Shown: positions 1 to 15,559, numbered from the stretch's first letter. The stretch is DNA of 64,000 nt from Eledone cirrhosa (GCA_964016885.1 OZ024750.1:14074001-14138000); one strand, 5' to 3'. Translations and numbers: made by a program. The notes: generated by a model not told the origin, from the letters alone.

Positions 1-94
<94 letters not shown>

Positions 95-179
95 GTGTTA
101 TTAACTGTTTAAATAAATGATAGTTAGTTGTGTTATTAACTGTTTAAATAAATGATAGTTAGAGTTGCGTTTGCACGTG

Positions 180-212
<33 letters not shown>

Positions 213-520
213 ATCGAATGTACGATTGAGTTTAGTTTTGCTATAGTAATACCTTCAACTCAAAAGATTTTATATACAAAATACATATATATACATATTT
301 TCTATTCGAAGTCATTTTACTATCTCATACACCTATATTTCACTTTAGAACATAACGGATATCACTCTGTCAAATTTTTTTGTCTCCTATAAATTTGTGA
401 CTCTTTGCTTATGTAAGAAATGAAAAGATGAGTACTGTAAGTGCTCTAAACATTAACTTTATACAGTAGTTCTATTAATTACATGAAAAACATCTAAACA
501 ACTTAATTTAAAAAAAAAGT

Positions 521-781
521 CTAAAGAGTGTCTCAAGTCCGGAGGGTCATCAAACCGGTGCTTATCCCGGTTTCCGTGGGGTTAAGTGACTGAGAGCACA
601 AGACTCTTCCCTGGACAGGATACCATTCCATCGCAGTACTCATTCTCAGCTGAGTATATTGAAGCTACGTGATATAAAGTATTTTGATCAAGAACACAAT
701 ACACAACCCAGTCCAGGAATTGAACTCACGACTTTATGACCGTAAGTCCAACACCATTAACACTCGGCCACGCGCCTCCGC
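521..781 (-). mobile_element. tRNA-derived SINE, group 2
   Basis: Minus strand has A box (TGGCCGAGTG), B box (GAGTTCAATTCC), then tgtgttcttga.caa and gcgatgga..gg..tcctgtccaggg modules. Similar copies lie at 5001-5285, 44098-44385 and 57072-57332. Confidence 0.85.
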
Positions 782-847
782 CTAAATAGCTTAATAGCTG
801 AATATGAAATAAAATGTCCAATGGGTGTTATAACTGCATTATAAGAG

Positions 848-997
848 GATCGGACGCCATGCTTTGACGGCCCTTGCCATTCTGAGTTCAAATCCCGCCG
901 AGGTTAACTTTGCTTTTCATCCTTACGGGGTCGATAAAATAAAGTACCAGTAATGTACTGGGTATTTGCTGGCCTTGTGCGAAAAATAGAAACAATT
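848..997 (+). mobile_element. tRNA-derived SINE, family 1 (5'-truncated copy)
   Basis: gagttcaaatcccgccgaggttaactttgc..tcatccttacggggtcgataaaataaagtaccag...ctggccttgtgc..aaa.tagaaacaatt, shared with about 30 copies in the window. Confidence 0.9.
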
Positions 998-1700
998 ATT
1001 ATTATTATCTATCTCTGATAATTAAAGAAAATATATTCTGCGGGGTTTAGATTTCCTTCCGTCGCTAACTTACATATTTGATTTTTCTGACGATCCCACT
1101 TTGTGAAATTGTTACCTTACAATTATTTCTAACACCAGGATGCAGCTAATTAAAACCTCGTTAAACAATGGCGTCAGTATACCTCCAATGCAGGGAGAGT
1201 GGCAATGAAATTAGTCCAATACTTACCAAACAACACATATGAAAGATAGACTGGGAATAAATAAGTGAGAATTCATAAATGCTCAGAAAATGTAGCATGA
1301 TTATAAATTACAAATATTAATTTATTACATTTTCTTAATTACTATTTACTGCATTTACTGTATACCTACACGTAAAGTGACTTTAGTGAAGATTGAAGCT
1401 ATTAATATTCATTAACATCTAGGTATTCAACTCTATGGAGTCTACTTTCTAATAATAAGGTTCTGAAATTCGACGTACAGAACGCACCATCGTATAAAGA
1501 TGTGCTTGGTGAAAACTCCCAGTTAAAATCGCAGTGACACATTCCAAATATATCACTACCTTGTAATCGTAAATAATCATCATCATCACCATCATCAAAT
1601 AATACAAGTAACCAGAATATATATATCATGGGAATTGTGGAGTAACAGACAATTTGCTTTACAATATTAAACCACGTCCCTTTGCCTCATGAGTTTAAAT

Positions 1701-1991
1701 CAGTCGTGGGCAACCAACGGCCCGCGAAGCTTTCTGAAGGGCTCGCCTAAGTCACCTAAGTGAAACCTTTCTGATTTTTATACCCCAAATTTTCAGTTGT
1801 AATTTATCTTTCTATCATTTTTACGATCGATGAAAACAACGTGTACGAATTCTGTAAAAACAAATCAAAACAACCTGAGTTACCACCCTTTCTTTTAATG
1901 TGGGCACGAATGTAAATTAGGGCTTGCGGCCCACCTGATGATGAGCCATATCTCATGCGGCCCGCTTCTCGAAAAAGGTTTCCCATGCCTG
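1701..1991. mobile_element. hAT-type MITE
   Basis: Imperfect TIRs CAGTCGTGGGCAAC / GTTTCCCATGCCTG, subterminal GCGGCCC motifs, and perfect 8-bp TSD GTTTAAAT (1693-1700, 1992-1999). Confidence 0.85.
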
Positions 1992-2089
1992 GTTTAAATG
2001 CACCCAACGCCCTACCTGGTTCGAATTTCCATTAGATTCTTCTGTGCTGAATAAAATAAGTACCAGTTATATTATCAAGATCAGTGAAG

Positions 2090-2560
2090 ACGGTGGATTG
2101 GAAGAATCAGTAGAGCGTCGGACACAATACTTCCAAGAAATCTCCTTTGCGTTACTTCCCTGCACTACTAGTTGCCTCTGTAAAGTCGGAAAGACTGCGG
2201 CCGGAAAGACAGCGGGTGTTCTCCACGGTAACGCTTTTCCTGTTTTGCCCACGGAGCGTGGCCGGGGCACTGTTCTGACTGGAGTGTAGTGACTGTCCCT
2301 CCCCCCCCCCCTCCATTTCTTTTACCGCTTCATCATTCTTCCTTTTTTCATTTTCCTTTTCTTCTCTCTTCGCTCTTTTCTGAACCCTTTCATCGTAGTG
2401 TGCTTTGCAGCATAGAGTTACGGCCCTTTTACGGTCTGAGTTCAAATCCTTCCGCGGTCTACTTTGCCTTTCATCCTTACGGAGTCGATAAAATAAAGTA
2501 CCAGTCATGCACTGCGGTCGATTTAATCGATTTTTCCCCTCCCACAAAATTGCTGGCCTT
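2090..2560 (+). mobile_element. SINE family 1 sequence interrupted by about 250 bp of unrelated sequence
   Basis: Head ggtggattggaagaatcagtagagcgtcggac at 2092. Body resumes at tgctttgcagcatagagttacgg (2401). Confidence 0.75.
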
Positions 2561-2779
2561 GTGCCTAAATCAGAAACCAATATACACTGCTCAATTATTT
2601 TTATATATAATGTCAAAGGCGGTTCATGACATGTGGCGGATTCTATTACAACTCAAGAATATACGTGTCAATAAGTTTGGCTGCCGGAAGCACACTTGAC
2701 TTCATATGTAAGAAGGTAATCTAGCTATAAATAATTTAACTACAATATATTTTTAGTACATAGGGTTATTCAGTTACAG

Positions 2780-3232
2780 CAGCGTTACTTAACCTTTTTA
2801 CGCTTGTGGAACTCTTGAAATAGTTTTCATGTAGTTGGGAACTTCTGCATAAAAATTACTATATACAATTATTAATTGTTTCTACTTTTGGCACAAGGCC
2901 AGTAAAGTACCCAGTGCATTACTGGTACTTTATTTTATCGACCTCGTAAGGATGAAAGGCAAAGTTAACCTCGGCGGAATTTGAATTCAGATCATAAAGG
3001 GCCGAAACTCTTTGTTGCAAAGCATGGCGTCCGATCCTCTACCGATACTGCCAATCCACCGCCCTATATATACAATTATTAATATCTATCTCTTTTAACT
3101 TATTTATCACTGGAACCTCTAGCGACCTCTAGTGGAACCTCTTTTAGCTTATTTTTCACTGTTTCTCGCGGAACCTCTAGCGACCTCTTGCGGAACGCTA
3201 GAGTTCCGGGGAACACAGGTTAAGAAACTCTG
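2780..3232. mobile_element. hAT-like MITE carrying a nested SINE-1 (2875-3064, minus)
   Basis: TIRs cagcgttacttaacct / aggttaagaaactctg and repeated ggaacctctagcgacctct motifs. The SINE is flanked by duplicated tatatacaattattaat. Confidence 0.7.
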
Positions 3233-3535
3233 TTAAATTAACGGACAAACTACTGGACAAATTGTTGGCCTTGTCATTTATTTCTGTAACAATTTCGTAT
3301 GAAAACGCTTCACCGTCATCAATACAGAATCGAAAAGATTACAGAAATATTTCAGCAAATGCACACAATCTATTTCCTGAACACACTTGACGCCCACATC
3401 ACGGCCTCCCTGCACAATACCATCACACTATCAACGCCGCTAAATACGAACCAAACGTTGTTCAACGCTGGATGCTTTTCATCAACGGTGCTCGAAAAAA
3501 CCTTTTAGAATTTCGTATCTTGGTCATGTACAATG

Positions 3536-3800
3536 GGTGGTGAATTAACAGGTTCGTTAGAACGTCGGATAGTATGCTTTGCGATATTTGTTTTGGCTTT
3601 CTGCTCTCTGAATTCAAATTCCACCGAGGTCAACTTTACCTTTCATCCATTCAAGGTTGATAAAAACGTACCAGTCTAGTACTGGGGGTCGATTCTTCCT
3701 CTATATCTCTTTCCCATTTCCATTCTCTCACTCTCTTCTATCTTTCTCTGGAAGAAATCTCCTGTCGTCAGACCTGAAAGGAAATAGGCTCCACCAGGTT
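3536..3800 (+). mobile_element. Diverged SINE-1 variant with extended tail
   Basis: B box gaattcaaattcc and the family core. A similar tail occurs in the minus-strand copy at about 59400-59680. Confidence 0.65.
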
Positions 3801-3974
3801 TTTAAATGTCCTAGAAATGCCGTATGTCAATACGGTGCCCCTACGATTCCTCTGGAGTTACGGGGCCAATGTATGCTATGCATTTCGGTCATATCAGGAA
3901 TGAAAAATTCTTCAGAAGAGTATCATTGCGACGATTCCAAAACATCGTGACTGAAAAAAATGAATGCAACTGTC

Positions 3975-4216
3975 TGATCACGTCCTGTGGTAGTCAGTTA
4001 ATCGGTGTGACATTGAGACGACAGCATAGATGGACATCAACATGAAGGAGAAGAAGAGAGAGGAGACCATTGGTCGCATGGGTGTCGAACCTTTCAGAAA
4101 GGACTGAAGGTTGTTAATAGACGCTGGAAAAAACATAGATGTACACGCAACTGATTGGGAACTTTGGAGAACTACCAGATGCATTAAAAATGCCTGAGAT
4201 GGACCAACTAACTAAC
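3975..4216 (+). mobile_element. Degenerate RTE-like LINE 3' end
   Basis: Frameshifted G-RR.RGRP..W..TF-like remnant ending in a (ctaa)n tail. Confidence 0.4.
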
Positions 4217-4259
4217 TATACTGTCATTTAGCCGTGAACTATAACACTAAAAAAAGCCA

Positions 4260-4558
4260 GCAGCAGCAGTAGTGACGACGACAACAACAGGTACAACAAT
4301 AACAACAGTAACAACAACAGTAACAATAAAAATAAGAGTTACAGTGACATCAGTAGTAGTAACAACAACAGTAACAAAAGCAGTTGTAACAATAACTGTA
4401 GTAACAATAACAACAGTAACAACAACAGTAACAGTAACAACAACAGTAACAACAACAGTAACAACAACAATAGTAATAACAACAGTAATAACAACAGTAA
4501 CAACAACAGTAACAACAACAATGGTAACAGTAACAACAACAACAACAGTAACAACAAT
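4260..4558. repeat. (AAC/AGT) compound trinucleotide repeat
   Basis: Direct inspection. It gives rise to spurious poly-T/V/L ORFs. Confidence 0.95.
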
Positions 4559-5000
4559 CCTCTGAGGAAATTGGCTCAACTTTCCTCTTGACATTGATAA
4601 CGACTACGAAAAGATAGACATAAGTTCATATAAATGCTAAGTAATTCACTGGAAACAATGGCGTTTCGTTTTGGTGTTGATGTATTCTCGGTAATTCTCG
4701 TTGTGTCAACGTCTCAAAGGACATATCTGATTTATATTCTCAAATAGTGTGATGTCACGTATGTGCTGGAAGTTTCTATTTCAAAAGACTAACACCTTTC
4801 TCTAAACGACTATATAATATGAAAATCACTCTTTTTGTTTTGTTTAAACCTCAGCTATAACTAACGTTCGTGAATATAAATAATAAAGCTTTGTGTATGC
4901 GTCTGTGTGAAAGAGAGAGTGTGTGTGGGGAGACAGTGTGTGAGTGAGCGTGTGTGTATGCGTGTGTTTACTTCAGCAAATCTCATGTAGTATAATGTTC

Positions 5001-5285
5001 TAAAGTCTGTCTCGAGCTCGGAGGCTCATCGGGCCAGAGCTTATCCAGGTTTCCGTGGCGTTAAGCGACTGAGAGTATAAGACTTCACCCTGGACAGGGG
5101 CGCCAGTCCATCGTAGGGTTAACCCCGCTCCCGCTATTGCTGGTACTCATTTTCAGCTGAGTATACTGGAGCAGGGTAAAATAAAGTGTTTTGCTCAAGA
5201 ACACACCATACAGCCCAGTCCAAAAGACGAACCCACGACATTATGATCGTAAGCCCAACACACTTACCACTCGGCCACACACCTC
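5001..5285 (-). mobile_element. tRNA-derived SINE, group 2
   Basis: Same modules as 521-781. Confidence 0.85.
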
Positions 5286-5297
5286 AACAGTATAAAG

Positions 5298-5660
5298 TTC
5301 TTCTTCTTCTTCTTCTTCTTCTTCTTCTTCTTCTTCTTCTTCTTCTTCTTCACCCACTTATTCATGAGGGGATTGTGGGGTTAGAGTCCTCAAACACTTC
5401 TTCCAGCGGATCCTACAAGAAGCAACCGTCTCCAATTGATCATGTTGGATCCCCAAGCGTGACTAACCGAGCTCATGGATGTTATCTAACCATCTTGCTC
5501 AGGGTCTACTCCTGGGTCTCTTGCCAGTTGGTTTTGCCCGTAACATCTGTCCAGCGATTCTTTCCTGAGACATTCTAACCACATGCCCATAATATCGGAG
5601 CTGTGATCTCTCAATTCGGAGTAGCGGCGATCCACTTTTTAAGCTTCCACACTCAACAAT
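5298..5660 (-). mobile_element. RTE-clade LINE 3' fragment with (GAA)n tail
   Basis: Translation PLLRIERSQLRYYGHVVRMSQERIAGQMLRAKPTGKRPRSRP..RW.D matches the typical RTE C-terminus (LRW.GHV.RM...GKR.RGRP..RW.D). Confidence 0.85.
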
Positions 5661-5712
5661 CTTCATACATCCTACAACTCCCCACCTCCTCCATAAGCTA
5701 TAGCTATCAATT

Positions 5713-5799
<87 letters not shown>

Positions 5800-5805
<6 letters not shown>

Positions 5806-5969
5806 AACACACACATGACAGTTACTATAGCTTCCTCATATACTTCATAGGCGCCCCATCTTCACCATCCTCTGCGGTGAGAGATTATCCGGTCCTTACA
5901 TCCAGCAACCCTTCACTGTCTATATCTATCACGCACACACTCACACACACTCACACACACGCACACACG

Positions 5970-6015
<46 letters not shown>

Positions 6016-6179
6016 AACACACACATGACAGTTACTATAGCTTCCTCATATACTTCATAGGCGCCCCATCTTCACCATCCTCTGCGGTGAGAGATTATCC
6101 GGTCCTTACATCCAGCAACCCTTCACTGTCTATATCTATCACGCACACACTCACACACACTCACACACACGCACACACG

Positions 6180-6257
<78 letters not shown>

Positions 6258-6421
6258 AACACACACATGACAGTTACTATAGCTTCCTCATATACTTCAT
6301 AGGCGCCCCATCTTCACCATCCTCTGAGGTGAGAGATTATCCGGTCCTTACATCCAGCAACCCTTCACTGTCTATATCTATCACGCACACACTCACACAC
6401 ACTCACACACACGCACACACG

Positions 6422-6491
<70 letters not shown>

Positions 6492-6659
6492 AACACACAC
6501 ATGACAGTTACTATAGCTTCCTCATATACTTCATAGGCGCCCCATCTTCACCATCCTCTGCGGTGAGAGATTATCCGGTCCTTACATCCAGCAACCCTTC
6601 ACTGTCTATATCTATCACGCACACACTCACACACACTCACACACACGCACACACGCACG

Positions 6660-6731
<72 letters not shown>

Positions 6732-6899
6732 AACACACACATGACAGTTACTATAGCTTCCTCATATACTTCATAGGCGCCCCATCTTCACCATCCTCTG
6801 CGGTGAGAGATTATCCGGTCCTTACATCCAGCAACCCTTCACTGTCTATATCTATCACGCACACACTCACACACACTCACACACACGCACACACGCACG

Positions 6900-6972
<73 letters not shown>
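5800..6972. repeat. Minisatellite array A, five units of about 210-245 bp each containing a variable (CA)n
   Basis: Unit core atgacagttactatagcttcctcatatacttcataggcgccccatcttcaccatcctctgcggtgagagattatccggtcc, with units starting near 5800, 6010, 6252, 6487 and 6727. Confidence 0.95.
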
Positions 6973-6974
<2 letters not shown>

Positions 6975-7090
6975 CCTCCATAGCTTCCCCATATACTCCA
7001 TCAGCGCCCTATCTTCGCCATCCCCTGCGGTGAGAGATTAGCCGGTCACACACACTCAGACACACACACTCAGACAGACACACACACTCA

Positions 7091-7155
<65 letters not shown>

Positions 7156-7253
7156 CCTCCATAGCTTCCTCATATACTCCATCAGCGCCCTATCTTCGCC
7201 ATCCCCTGCGGTGAGAGATTAGCCGGTCACACACACTCAGACACACACACTCA

Positions 7254-7290
<37 letters not shown>

Positions 7291-7388
7291 CCTCCATAGC
7301 TTCCTCATATACTCCATCAGCGCCCTATCTTCGCCATCCCCTGCGGTGAGAGATTAGCCGGTCACACACACTCAGACACACACACTCA

Positions 7389-7427
<39 letters not shown>

Positions 7428-7543
7428 CCTCCATAGCTTCCCCATATACTCCATCAGCGCCCTATCTTCGCCATCCCCTGCGGTGAGAGATTAGCCAGTC
7501 ACACACACTCAGACACACACACTCAGACACACACACACACTCA

Positions 7544-7592
<49 letters not shown>

Positions 7593-7676
7593 CCTCCATA
7601 GCTTCCCCATATACTCCATCAGCGCCCTATCTTCGCCATCCCCTGCGGTGAGAGATTAGCCGGTCACACACACTCA

Positions 7677-7725
<49 letters not shown>

Positions 7726-7809
7726 CCTCCATAGCTTCCTCATATACTCCATCAGCGCCCTATCTTCGCCATCCCCTGCGGTGAGAGATTAGCCGGTCAC
7801 ACACACTCA

Positions 7810-7874
<65 letters not shown>

Positions 7875-7950
7875 CCTCCATAGCTTCCTCATATACTCCA
7901 TCAGCGCCCTATCTTCGCCATCCCCTGCGGTGAGAGATTAGCCAGTCCTT
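6973..7950. repeat. Minisatellite array B, seven units of about 130-180 bp related to array A
   Basis: Unit core agcctccatagcttcc.catatactccatcagcgccctatcttcgccatcccctgcggtgagagattagcc.gtc followed by (CA)n. Confidence 0.95.
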
Positions 7951-8054
7951 GCAACCGTCACCGTCTTTATATCCCTGGTGACAAGTCCGCTTCATTTACG
8001 CTGCTGGCGTTTTGATGCCGTGACGTGAGAAATCACATTACAGATCTTAACAGC

Positions 8055-8108
<54 letters not shown>

Positions 8109-8314
8109 CAGCAGTAGTAGAGGTCGTAGTAACAGCAGCAATAGTACTAGTGATAGAGGTAGCAGTAGTAGTAGTCGCAACAGCTAGCAGTAATGGCAAC
8201 AGTAGTGGTAGTAGTAGTAGTGGTATGGTAGTAGTAGTAGTAGTAGTAGCAGTAGCAGTAGTAGTAGTAGTAGCAGTAGCAGTAATAATAGTAGCAACAG
8301 TGTCCGTAGCAGCT

Positions 8315-8351
<37 letters not shown>

Positions 8352-8352
8352 C

Positions 8353-8387
<35 letters not shown>

Positions 8388-8883
8388 CAGTAGTAGCAAC
8401 AGTAGTAGTAACAGTAATAGTAGCAGTAGTAGTAGTAGTAGCAACAGTAGTAGTAGTAGTAGTAGTAGTAATAGTAGCAGTAGTAGTAGTAGTAGTAGCA
8501 ACAGTAGTAGTAGTAGTAGTAGCAGTAGTAGCAACAGTAGTAGTAACAGTAATAGTAGCAGTAGTAGTAGTAGTAGCAACAGTAGTAGTAGTAGTAGTAG
8601 TAGTAATAGTAGCAGTAGTAGTAGTAGTAGTAGCAACAGTAGTAGTAGTAGTAGTAGCAGTAGTAGCAACAGTAGTAGTAACAGTAATAGTAGCAGTAGT
8701 AGTAGTAGTAGCAACAGTAGTAGTAGTAGTAGTAGTAGTAATAGTAGCAGTAGTAGTAGTAGTAGTAGCAACAGTAGTAGTAGTAGTAGTAGCAGTAGTA
8801 GCAACAGTAGTAGTAACAGTAATAGTAGCAGTAGTAGTAGTAGTAGCAACAGTAGTAGTAGTAGTAGTAGTAGTAATAGTAGC

Positions 8884-8918
<35 letters not shown>

Positions 8919-8919
8919 C

Positions 8920-8954
<35 letters not shown>

Positions 8955-9126
8955 CAGTAGTAGCAACAGTAGTAGTAACAGTAATAGTAGCAGTAGTAGT
9001 AGTAGTAGCAACAGTAGTAGTAGTAGTAGTAGTAGTAATAGTAGCAGTAGTAGTAGTAGTAGTAGCAACAGTAGTAGTAGTAGTAGTAGCAGTAGTAGCA
9101 ACAGTAGTAGTAACAGTAATAGTAGC

Positions 9127-9179
<53 letters not shown>

Positions 9180-9186
9180 CAGAAAC

Positions 9187-9230
<44 letters not shown>

Positions 9231-9357
9231 CAGTAGCAGTAGTAGTAGTAGTAGCAGCTGTAGTAGTAGTAGTAGTAGCAACAGTAGTAGTAGCAACAGT
9301 AGTAGTAGTAGCAGTAGCAGTAGTAGTAGTAGTAGCAGTAGTAGTAGTAGCAGCTGT
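8055..9357. repeat. (AGT)n microsatellite with higher-order periodicity
   Basis: Recurring gcaacagtagtagtaacagtaatagtagca blocks. Confidence 0.95.
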
Positions 9358-9479
9358 GGTATTTTATTCAGGCTGTATCAGTTTCTTGCAATTTTGCCAA
9401 TTTTACAATTTTTCAATTGTCAAATACAAAAGTTAATACAACAATATCCGCCATGATAGCTACCTTAGAAACTACCACG

Positions 9480-11218
<1,739 letters not shown>

Positions 11219-11698
11219 ATCACTGTTTTCTCTTACGTGTGGTCACGACAATACGGTTTGTAAACAACGATGAAAGCTTTCCATGTTAATCACTTTTTCA
11301 TGTTAGTGTTAGATATGGAAGCTCAATTAACCTTCCAATGATGATATGTTGACACTGTACTTAGCTGAGAGATGAATAATGGCTTTCTTTGCCCGTGCTG
11401 ATGTCTCCAGCTCAAGGGAATACCAAGCTGCCTTTCGAAACATACAGAGAGAGATGGGGGGCGAGAGGCAAATAGATAGAGGAGGAGAGAGGGAGAGTGC
11501 TATATATATATATATATATATATACAGATAGAGAGAGAGAGGGGGAGAGAGAGAGATGAATACAAAGGGGGGGAGAAAGAGAGTAATGGTTGCTAGATTA
11601 CATGAAATAAGGAGTTAACTTTCACGCGTTGTCTGAAGAACTGAAAGATAGAGAAGGGAATGGAAAAGCATGAACAGGAGTGAAGTTATATACATACA

Positions 11699-11743
<45 letters not shown>

Positions 11744-11800
11744 GTATATGTATATATATATATGTATATGTATATAAATATATATATATATATGTATATG

Positions 11801-11865
<65 letters not shown>

Positions 11866-11979
11866 TTATATATAAATAATTATATATAAATAATTATATA
11901 TATAAATAATTATATATATAAATAATTATATATAAATAATATATATATATATATATATATGTATGTATATATATATATG

Positions 11980-12072
<93 letters not shown>

Positions 12073-12341
12073 ATATATATATATATATATATATCCAGGG
12101 AGTGTAACGTGAAATTACTGTAGGTTTACCCAGGTGAGCACTCGATGGTTAGGTTCACATCAGTGGCGAGGGTTAGAGCTAGGCAGAGTGTAATATAATA
12201 ATACTTGAGCTGATCAATGGCGAAACGCGCGTCACCAATCAATAAACGTAATAAAGGCTTAACAAATCGTCCTTGAATTATTATTATTATTATTATTCTC
12301 CTACATGTCGGCCCTTGTGGCTAATAAATGAAATAATAATA

Positions 12342-12374
<33 letters not shown>

Positions 12375-12376
12375 AG

Positions 12377-12561
12377 GGGCGGTGGATTGGCTGTATCAGT
12401 AGAGGGTCGGACGCCATGCTTTCCAGCATAGTTACGTCCCTTTACGATCTGAGTTCAAATCCCGCCGAGGTTGACTTTGCCTTTCATCCTTACGGGGTCG
12501 ATAAAATAAAGTACCAGTAATGCACTGGATAATTGCTGGCCTTGTGCCAAAAGTAGAAACA

Positions 12562-12614
<53 letters not shown>

Positions 12615-12805
12615 GGGCGGTGGATTGGCAGTATCAGTAGAGGGTCGGACAACATGCTTTGCAGCATAGAGTTACGGTCCTTTATGGTCTGAGTTCAAAT
12701 CTCGCCGAGGTTAACTTTGCCTTTCATCCTAACGGGGTCGATAAAATAAAGTACCAGTAATACACTGGGATAATTGCTGGCCTTGTGCCAAAAGTAGAAA
12801 CAATT
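12377..12805 (+). mobile_element. Two head-to-tail full-length SINE-1 copies separated by (ATT)n
   Basis: Each starts ggcggtggattggc.gtatcagtagagggtcggac and ends gtagaaacaat. Confidence 0.92.
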
Positions 12806-12849
12806 TGTTTCACCTCAAACGGATCATCAGCTCGGCAGCTTGGTTTAAA

Positions 12850-12891
12850 CCGAGCTGATGATCAGTTTCAGGTGAAACAAATTGTTCTCGG
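12850..12891 (+). ncRNA. Minimal type-I hammerhead ribozyme motif (inverted partial copy at 12799-12835)
   Basis: ccgag-CTGATGA-tcagtttcaggt-GAAA-caaattg-TT-ctcgg. Stem I is ccgag/ctcgg, stem II is weak, and stem III is near-palindromic. Confidence 0.65.
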
Positions 12892-13326
12892 AAATGGCGT
12901 ATTAACTGCTGTGGAACTACTTATATATAACGCGGGATCCTCGCGTTTCAACAGCTAGTTCCATACTGTTGAAACGGCAGGAGCTCAGCCGTCGGGGTCC
13001 CGAATTTTTCATATTACCCACTACTCCAAGTATCGAGTACTTTGGTGAGTAAATGTCTAACTAGTTTTTACTGCATCCATTCTGATATATACATATCAGA
13101 TATATACACATGCAAATGTGCAACGAAAGAACTTTGTTAGACTACATATATGTGTTTGTGTCTATATTATATCTGTATTTTTGACCGTTGGTCAGTCAAT
13201 GGTAAACATTGAGGACGAATAAAAACTGATATAAAAGGTACAGAAGCGAAAACCAACCAAACAGTGAGTGTGTTCTATTATTAATTCTGGCAATATTATT
13301 ACAACAATATGGCCCTCCCCAAGTAT

Positions 13327-13370
<44 letters not shown>

Positions 13371-13374
13371 TATT

Positions 13375-13528
13375 CTAGAGCGGGTAAAATTCCCGAGATC
13401 CATGGACGAGTTCTCTCCAGTGGTCTCTGTCCCTCATTGTCGCTGCCATGTCCTGCGTCTCCAACAGACCAGTGTCTGTCCTTAGGGCATCAACATACGT
13501 TAACCTTGGTCTTCCTCTTCCAGTGTGT

Positions 13529-13531
<3 letters not shown>
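13375..13531 (-). mobile_element. RTE-like LINE 3' fragment
   Basis: Minus frame [42 protein letters not shown]...stop, embedded in (TA)n. Confidence 0.8.
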
Positions 13532-13582
<51 letters not shown>

Positions 13583-13587
<5 letters not shown>

Positions 13588-13732
13588 AACGAGTAGTCCT
13601 GCAGTCCAGAATTAGCCGTCGAAACGGCTTGAGCTCAGCCGTCGGGGTCCTACTCGTTCCTATTACCCACTCTACTACCCTAAGTATTGAGTACTTTGGT
13701 GCGTTATGGTCCACCTGGTTCCTTACCACATT
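13583..13732 (+). mobile_element. Fold-back element with the 3' half of a hammerhead motif (family also at 12940-13050 and 51321-51512)
   Basis: GAAA-cggct..agccg-TC-ggggtcc. Inverted repeat ataggaacgagtag / ctactcgttcctat, flanked by (TA)n on both sides. Confidence 0.65.
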
Positions 13733-13739
13733 CCCTCCG

Positions 13740-13826
<87 letters not shown>

Positions 13827-14734
13827 GAATGGTGGAAGCATTTCTGAATTTGGGCAAATTTGAACAATTTTATTGCAGTGATTAGTTTACAGGGGCTGGA
13901 ATACATTCACACACACAAACACATGCATACATTCACGTACGCACACACGTACACACATATACATACGCACATACACACACATACATATACGCATACATAC
14001 ATATATACACACGCACATACATACATGCATACACATATGCATACATACATACATACACACACACATACATACACACAAACACATACACACACACATACAT
14101 ACACACACATCTACATGCATACATGCATGCATACATGCATGCATACATGCATACATACATACATACATACATACATACATACATACATACATACATACAT
14201 ACACAGCCATCTGGCACTAGAGAACGGAAAAGTCCCATGTGACAGCGAAACTGTGGGGGGGGGGGGGGGTGACAGCCAAACGGTGAGGGGTGGGGACCAA
14301 GAGTGACAATAGAAACAGTTCCTGTCACATGCTAATCATAAAATTGTAACATCTTTCTTAGATGGTGTATGTATGTGCATGTATGTGTTTACATATGCGT
14401 GTGTATGTCTATATACGCATGCATATATATATATATATATATATATATGTCAACGTGCGTATATGTATGCTTAAGTGTGCGTTTACATATGTCTACATGT
14501 GCATATATATATATATATATGTATGTACGTACGTATGTATGTATTTATGTATTATGTATGCTTATGTGTTTGTGTCTGCCTAAGTGTACGTCCGTGTATG
14601 TATGCCTACGTGTGTATGTATGTGCAATTGTTTTTGTTTCCTATACGCATTTCCACTATTTTCTTGGGTGTTTTTCTTTCCATTTGTCAATGTTTTCTTA
14701 ATTTGTTTATATTTTCATTTTTAAGGGGTTTCTA

Positions 14735-14890
<156 letters not shown>

Positions 14891-15019
14891 GTTCTAGCTG
14901 TCTGGTGAGGTCATAGTTGTTGAATAATGGTTATCACAGAAATTTATATAACAGCGAATATGAATAAACGAAGTTAATTTTAACCTGTCGACTCACACTT
15001 CTTGTTTATATATATATAT

Positions 15020-15112
<93 letters not shown>

Positions 15113-15131
15113 TATATATATATATATATAC

Positions 15132-15241
<110 letters not shown>

Positions 15242-15255
15242 ATATATACACACAC

Positions 15256-15303
<48 letters not shown>

Positions 15304-15304
<1 letters not shown>

Positions 15305-15510
15305 GGCGTGTGGCTGAGTGGTTAGAGAATTGGATTCGCAATCGTAAGGTTGTGAGTTCGATTCCTGGACCGGGCGATGCGTTATGTCCTTGAGCAAGAC
15401 ACTTTATTTCACGTTGCTCCTTCTACCTGGAGTTGCGACCGATAGATAGTATTAGCAATTGGAAACATTGTTTCCACGGTCCGATTTGACGAAAGTCGAT
15501 CGATTGGAAA
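15304..15510 (+). mobile_element. SINE group-2 head with an alternative tail (second copy 58007-58225)
   Basis: A box TGGCTGAGTGG, B box GAGTTCGATTCC, then ttctacctggagttgcgaccgatagata...ggtccgatttgacgaaagt. Confidence 0.8.
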
Positions 15511-15541
<31 letters not shown>

Positions 15542-15559
15542 CGCAAGTGTATAGATCCT

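Noticed and set aside
3872-3918. Minus-strand CTGAAGA...GAAA-tgca-TA hammerhead-like string
   Set aside because: Neither stem I nor stem II pairs convincingly.
5800-7950. CRISPR-like appearance of constant repeats with variable spacers
   Set aside because: The spacers are just (CA)n of different lengths, the context is eukaryotic and there are no cas genes.
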